Shown here one piece after another: positions 60,887 through 64,000 of a stretch of DNA of 64,000 nucleotides. This DNA comes from an uncultured Verrucomicrobiae bacterium (GTDB taxonomy: Bacteria > Verrucomicrobiota > Verrucomicrobiia > Chthoniobacterales > UBA10450). Where the stretch lies: assembly GCA_963735805.1 (NCBI GenBank), contig CAVTMK010000003.1:449693-513692 (forward strand), given 5' to 3'. The position numbers and the translations under genes are program-made. Each line of letters opens with the position of its first letter. Positions within the stretch are counted from its first letter, which is position 1. Below the pieces are notes generated by a model that ran no database searches, was not told the DNA's origin, and worked only from the letters and a program-made list of their open reading frames with translations.

Positions 60887-61507
60887 CTACTCGAGTCCGT
60901 CCAGGAGGCCGGCGTCGAATGCTGCGCTGACGGCGCCTGTGCGGTTCTCGACCTCAAGCTTTCGATAGATCCCGGTGAGGTGGAACTTCACGGTCCGCTC
61001 ACTGAGATTCAAATGCGTGGCTATCTCCTTGTTCGAGAAACCTCGCGCAAGCACCAGCAGCACCTCAGACTCTCGTTCGGTCAGGATGCCCTCGGGATCT
61101 GATTCGCTGGAACGCCCAATGATGCCGTCGAAACCATGGTCGATAGCCTCGCGCACTGCCTCGCCCAAGTGATCTAGCTCGACGGTCTTGAGAATGTAGG
61201 CTCTGGCCCCGGCTTCGAACGCAGCAGTGATGTCATCGGGCGAAGCCGAGTCGGCGAGAACGATCGCCGGAATCTCCGGAAAACGGGTCGCGAGACGTCG
61301 AATCGCGGCGATACCGTCGAGCTCCGGAAGGTCGAGCTCGAGCAGCACTGCATCCGGAGCATGCCTTTGGACCAACGGGAGCACCTCGCTTCCGCGGCGT
61401 GCGAACGCCGCGATCTCGAACCCGTCTGACTCGAGCGCCCGCTGAAAAACGGGGTGTAACAAGGGGTGGTCGTCAGCGACGACCAGCCGCAGAGTGCCGC
61501 AGTACAT
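60887..61507 (-). CDS. NarL/LuxR-family response regulator
   Basis: VVADDH receiver; LTERESEVL...GFSNKEIA...SERTVKFHL HTH. Confidence 0.9.
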   Translation of the reverse strand: MYCGTLRLVVADDHPLLHPVFQRALESDGFEIAAFARRGSEVLPLVQRHAPDAVLLELDLPELDGIAAIRRLATRFPEIPAIVLADSASPDDITAAFEAGARAYILKTVELDHLGEAVREAIDHGFDGIIGRSSESDPEGILTERESEVLLVLARGFSNKEIATHLNLSERTVKFHLTGIYRKLEVENRTGAVSAAFDAGLLDGLE

Positions 61508-61632
61508 TTCGCTCCAATCGCCGCAGAGCCCGGAGAGACGCGAGCCGCAGTGCGCGCGCGAATCCGGGCACTCAGTCTTTAGAACGAGGTGCGCCGCTTG
61601 TCAACCCAAACCCGTGCTCGAGCCGCCGACCA

Positions 61633-62196
61633 TCATCGCCTGCGCACGGCCAAACGCCGGTCGACACTCATGCGCCTCTCGAGGATCGGCGTCGACGAGA
61701 CGCCTGTCCGTCGATCTGCGGTTGCGCGACGATCGATGAGCCGCCGTCGTTCCACTCTGGGTATTCGTTCGAGATGACCTGAAGACGTCGATTCCGAAGA
61801 GTCGACCACTGCCTTGGGACATCCCATTTCGACCGCAAGGCGTACGGCATCCGCGAGCGGGTCGAGTTCTGCGGTCTTGACGATATACGCTCGAGCGCCC
61901 GCTTCGAACACGGTTGTGATGACAGCCGGCGATACGGAATCACCGAGGACGATCGCCGGAAGGTGCAAGGGAAGCGTTCGACGAGGCGCCCGAATCGGGG
62001 TCGTTCCGTTCAACTCCGATAGGTCGAGATCGAGTAGCACCGCATCCGGGCGATGCCGTTCGACCAGCGTCAGGAAGTTGCACCCGCGCGGCGCGGACGC
62101 CGCGATGGAGAACCCCTCCGACTCAAGCCGCCCTTGCAACCGCAGGAGAGGGCCTTCGACGATCACCAGCCGCAGGACTTCATCCATCGACTCCAT
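61633..62196 (-). CDS. Degenerate response-regulator receiver protein, paralog of 60887-61507
   Basis: PDAVLLDLDL, FEAGARAYIVK; no HTH; C-terminal ERR/DRR-rich tail. Confidence 0.7.
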   Translation of the reverse strand: MESMDEVLRLVIVEGPLLRLQGRLESEGFSIAASAPRGCNFLTLVERHRPDAVLLDLDLSELNGTTPIRAPRRTLPLHLPAIVLGDSVSPAVITTVFEAGARAYIVKTAELDPLADAVRLAVEMGCPKAVVDSSESTSSGHLERIPRVERRRLIDRRATADRRTGVSSTPILERRMSVDRRLAVRRR

Positions 62197-62686
62197 ACCC
62201 TCCTCACCCTCGATTCCGCATAGGCGCCCTTGGGTGTACTCGGCGCGGGTCGGCCAACCCCAAGCTTTACTTCTGACTCGCGAGTTGGCAACAACAATTG
62301 TTGACCCTAGGGAGGATCAACGAGCAGGGGCTTCCGACTCAGTAACTGACTCCTCGGTCGCGCGCGGCTAGCGCCAGCGCCACGCCCAGCGCAGAGGCTT
62401 GCAAGCGCCACGAATGCAAGTTGCGACTAGGAAAGCGTCATGTGAGTCCGGCAAGGCAACGGCTCGGCGCATAGTCGTTTGGTGAGATACGCCTCCACTG
62501 CTCCGTCGGGATATCCCACGGCTGGGCGATGACCTTCGGAGGTGCGGCGCCCCGAACGTCAACAGGGTCGTGCGTGCAGCCTACGGGGCAGCTCTTCGAA
62601 ACGAGCCTGCCGGCGTCCCTTGAAACAAGGGCCGCCGCTGGAGGTCCGAGAAGGGGTTCTTGGCCCTCCCCCGAAAGGGGGATGCC

Positions 62687-63299
62687 ATGGCGGCGCCCGA
62701 AACGGAAATCGGTTACCTCGTGCCACCGCCGGGGCGCGCCGAGAACGCCCTCCAGCGTCTCCTCGGTCGGTTTCAAACAGATCAGCCCGATACCTTCGCC
62801 CACGCTGCTGCCGTGGAGGCGCTCTCCGTTGACGTAGCGAAGCGGCTGCGTGTCAGAGAGCCGCTGCTCGGGGCGCTCCGGCTCGGAGCTTTCCTGCACG
62901 ATATCGGCAAGCTCGAGGTTCCTCGTCGGATCCTGCGGAAGCCGGGTCCCCTCACTACCCGGGAGTGGGCGAGGATACGCCGGCACCCAGTGGCCGGCGT
63001 GCGACTCCTCTCGCCGATCATTCGATCCGAAGAGGCGCTGGCGATCGTCCGTTTCCACCACGAGCGCTGGGACAGGAACCGGGTACCCACACGGGCTCGT
63101 CGGGAACGAGATACCGCTCTCGGCGCGAATCGTCGCTGTTACGGACGCCTTTTATGCGATGAGCGAGGCACGGTCGTATCAGCGGCCGCTCTGGTGTGAG
63201 CAGGCGCTCCTTGAGCTGCAGGGGAACGCGGGTGGGCAGTTCGACCCGGACTGCGTCGAGGCGGTGTGTGAGACGGTTGCCGTCCGCCGCGCTAGCTAA
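62687..63299 (+). CDS. HD-GYP cyclic-dinucleotide phosphodiesterase (frameshift near 63075)
   Basis: LHDIGK, LRKPGPLT, HHERWD, then GTGYPHGL...IPLSARIVAVTDAF...GQFDP in a second frame. Confidence 0.85.
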
Positions 63300-63337
63300 C
63301 CGCCCATCGGGCGTTTGCGATTTCGCTCAGCTCCCGG

Positions 63338-63685
63338 CTAGGGGCGGCGGGTGCCGGACAGGATCTGCCAGCTGAAGCTGGTCGACGAAGAGCGAATGAT
63401 CAGGACCTGGGCTTCGTAGACGTTCCGGTCGGCATCGGTGAGGTCGCAGTTCAAACGGTGGTAGGACTCAGCCAGCCTGACCGCTCCACGCCGTATCGAC
63501 GCAGGCCGCGACAGTGCGCACGCACGATGTCCTGGTGCCGGCCGCTGTAGTTGATGCCGTGCGAAGCGATTGACTTGGCGACAGCTGCCTCTTGGGCAAA
63601 GCCACCGCCTCGGGTCGCTGCCCCGACCGCCGGCACGGCTAACAAGTGCGGCGGAGCCGACCGCTAGAACGCACAAACGCTGCAT
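63338..63685 (-). CDS. Hypothetical small exported protein (probably frameshifted)
   Basis: Signal-like start MQRLCVLAVGSAAL; protein-like segments split between two frames. Confidence 0.35.
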   Translation of the reverse strand: MQRLCVLAVGSAALVSRAGGRGSDPRRWLCPRGSCRQVNRFARHQLQRPAPGHRACALSRPASIRRGAVRLAESYHRLNCDLTDADRNVYEAQVLIIRSSSTSFSWQILSGTRRP

Positions 63686-64000
63686 TTCTCGACCCCAAAG
63701 GTAGTCCGTCGCCTCGTTGGATTCTATGCTTCTTGCCGTCGAGGGGCCGCTTCGCAGGCTCGCCGACTGCAGCGTCAGAGCGTCCGGTCCAAGGTGACCT
63801 CTCCCACTGAGCTCGCGGCTCCGCCACGGGACGGCGTGCGCTGCCGACGAACGTCACGTGCAAGACCACGGTCTTCTACACGAGCGGACAGTCCAGGGCG
63901 GCAAGGTCACGACGCCCTGCTCGCCGCCGCACTGGCGCGATCCGCAAAGTCCGCCCTGACACAGCGATCGACAGCCCTCGAGGAGCTGTCCGCCGAGCCT

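Noticed and set aside
63895..64000. c-di-GMP-I riboswitch (GGCAAG...CGCAAAG)
   Set aside because: Spacing and P2 stem do not fit the consensus and the region is cut by the window edge

Overview
The window has three parts. (1) 1-~38.8 kb is ordinary chromosome of moderate GC (~55% by eye): opcA, queA, cysE-iscS, frameshifting prfB, eno, ispD, fabD, a nuoD-N operon with fused NuoE-F, and others. Gene content and repeat families suggest a Verrucomicrobiota (Chthoniobacterales-like) host; this is inference. Palindromic TGTAGC...GCTACA repeats recur, and several supply stop codons or sit inside CDSs. (2) ~38.8-53.7 kb is a stack of tRNA-linked integrative elements. The first is a tyrosine integrase / sigma-like protein / excisionase / replication module beside tRNA-Arg(CCT). 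The second is a 3.5-kb mini-island bounded by a duplicated tRNA 3'-end sequence and tandem arm-like sites. A tRNA-Val 5' half follows. Cargo is rich in conflict or immunity domains: TIR-TM-TPM fusion, wHTH+HEPN pair, SH3-DNase II, patatin, SLOG. This is the best candidate for undescribed systems. (3) After two abrupt mid-gene junctions (~53.7 and ~54.35 kb, flanking an internal IS110 transposase fragment), the DNA becomes much more GC-rich. It encodes a secretin-less Tad/Flp pilus locus with response regulators and an HD-GYP protein, probably from a different organism (chimeric assembly or joined contigs). Scattered single-base frameshifts, including in fabD, suggest sequencing indels. All protein assignments come from motif recognition by eye; no database searches were run.
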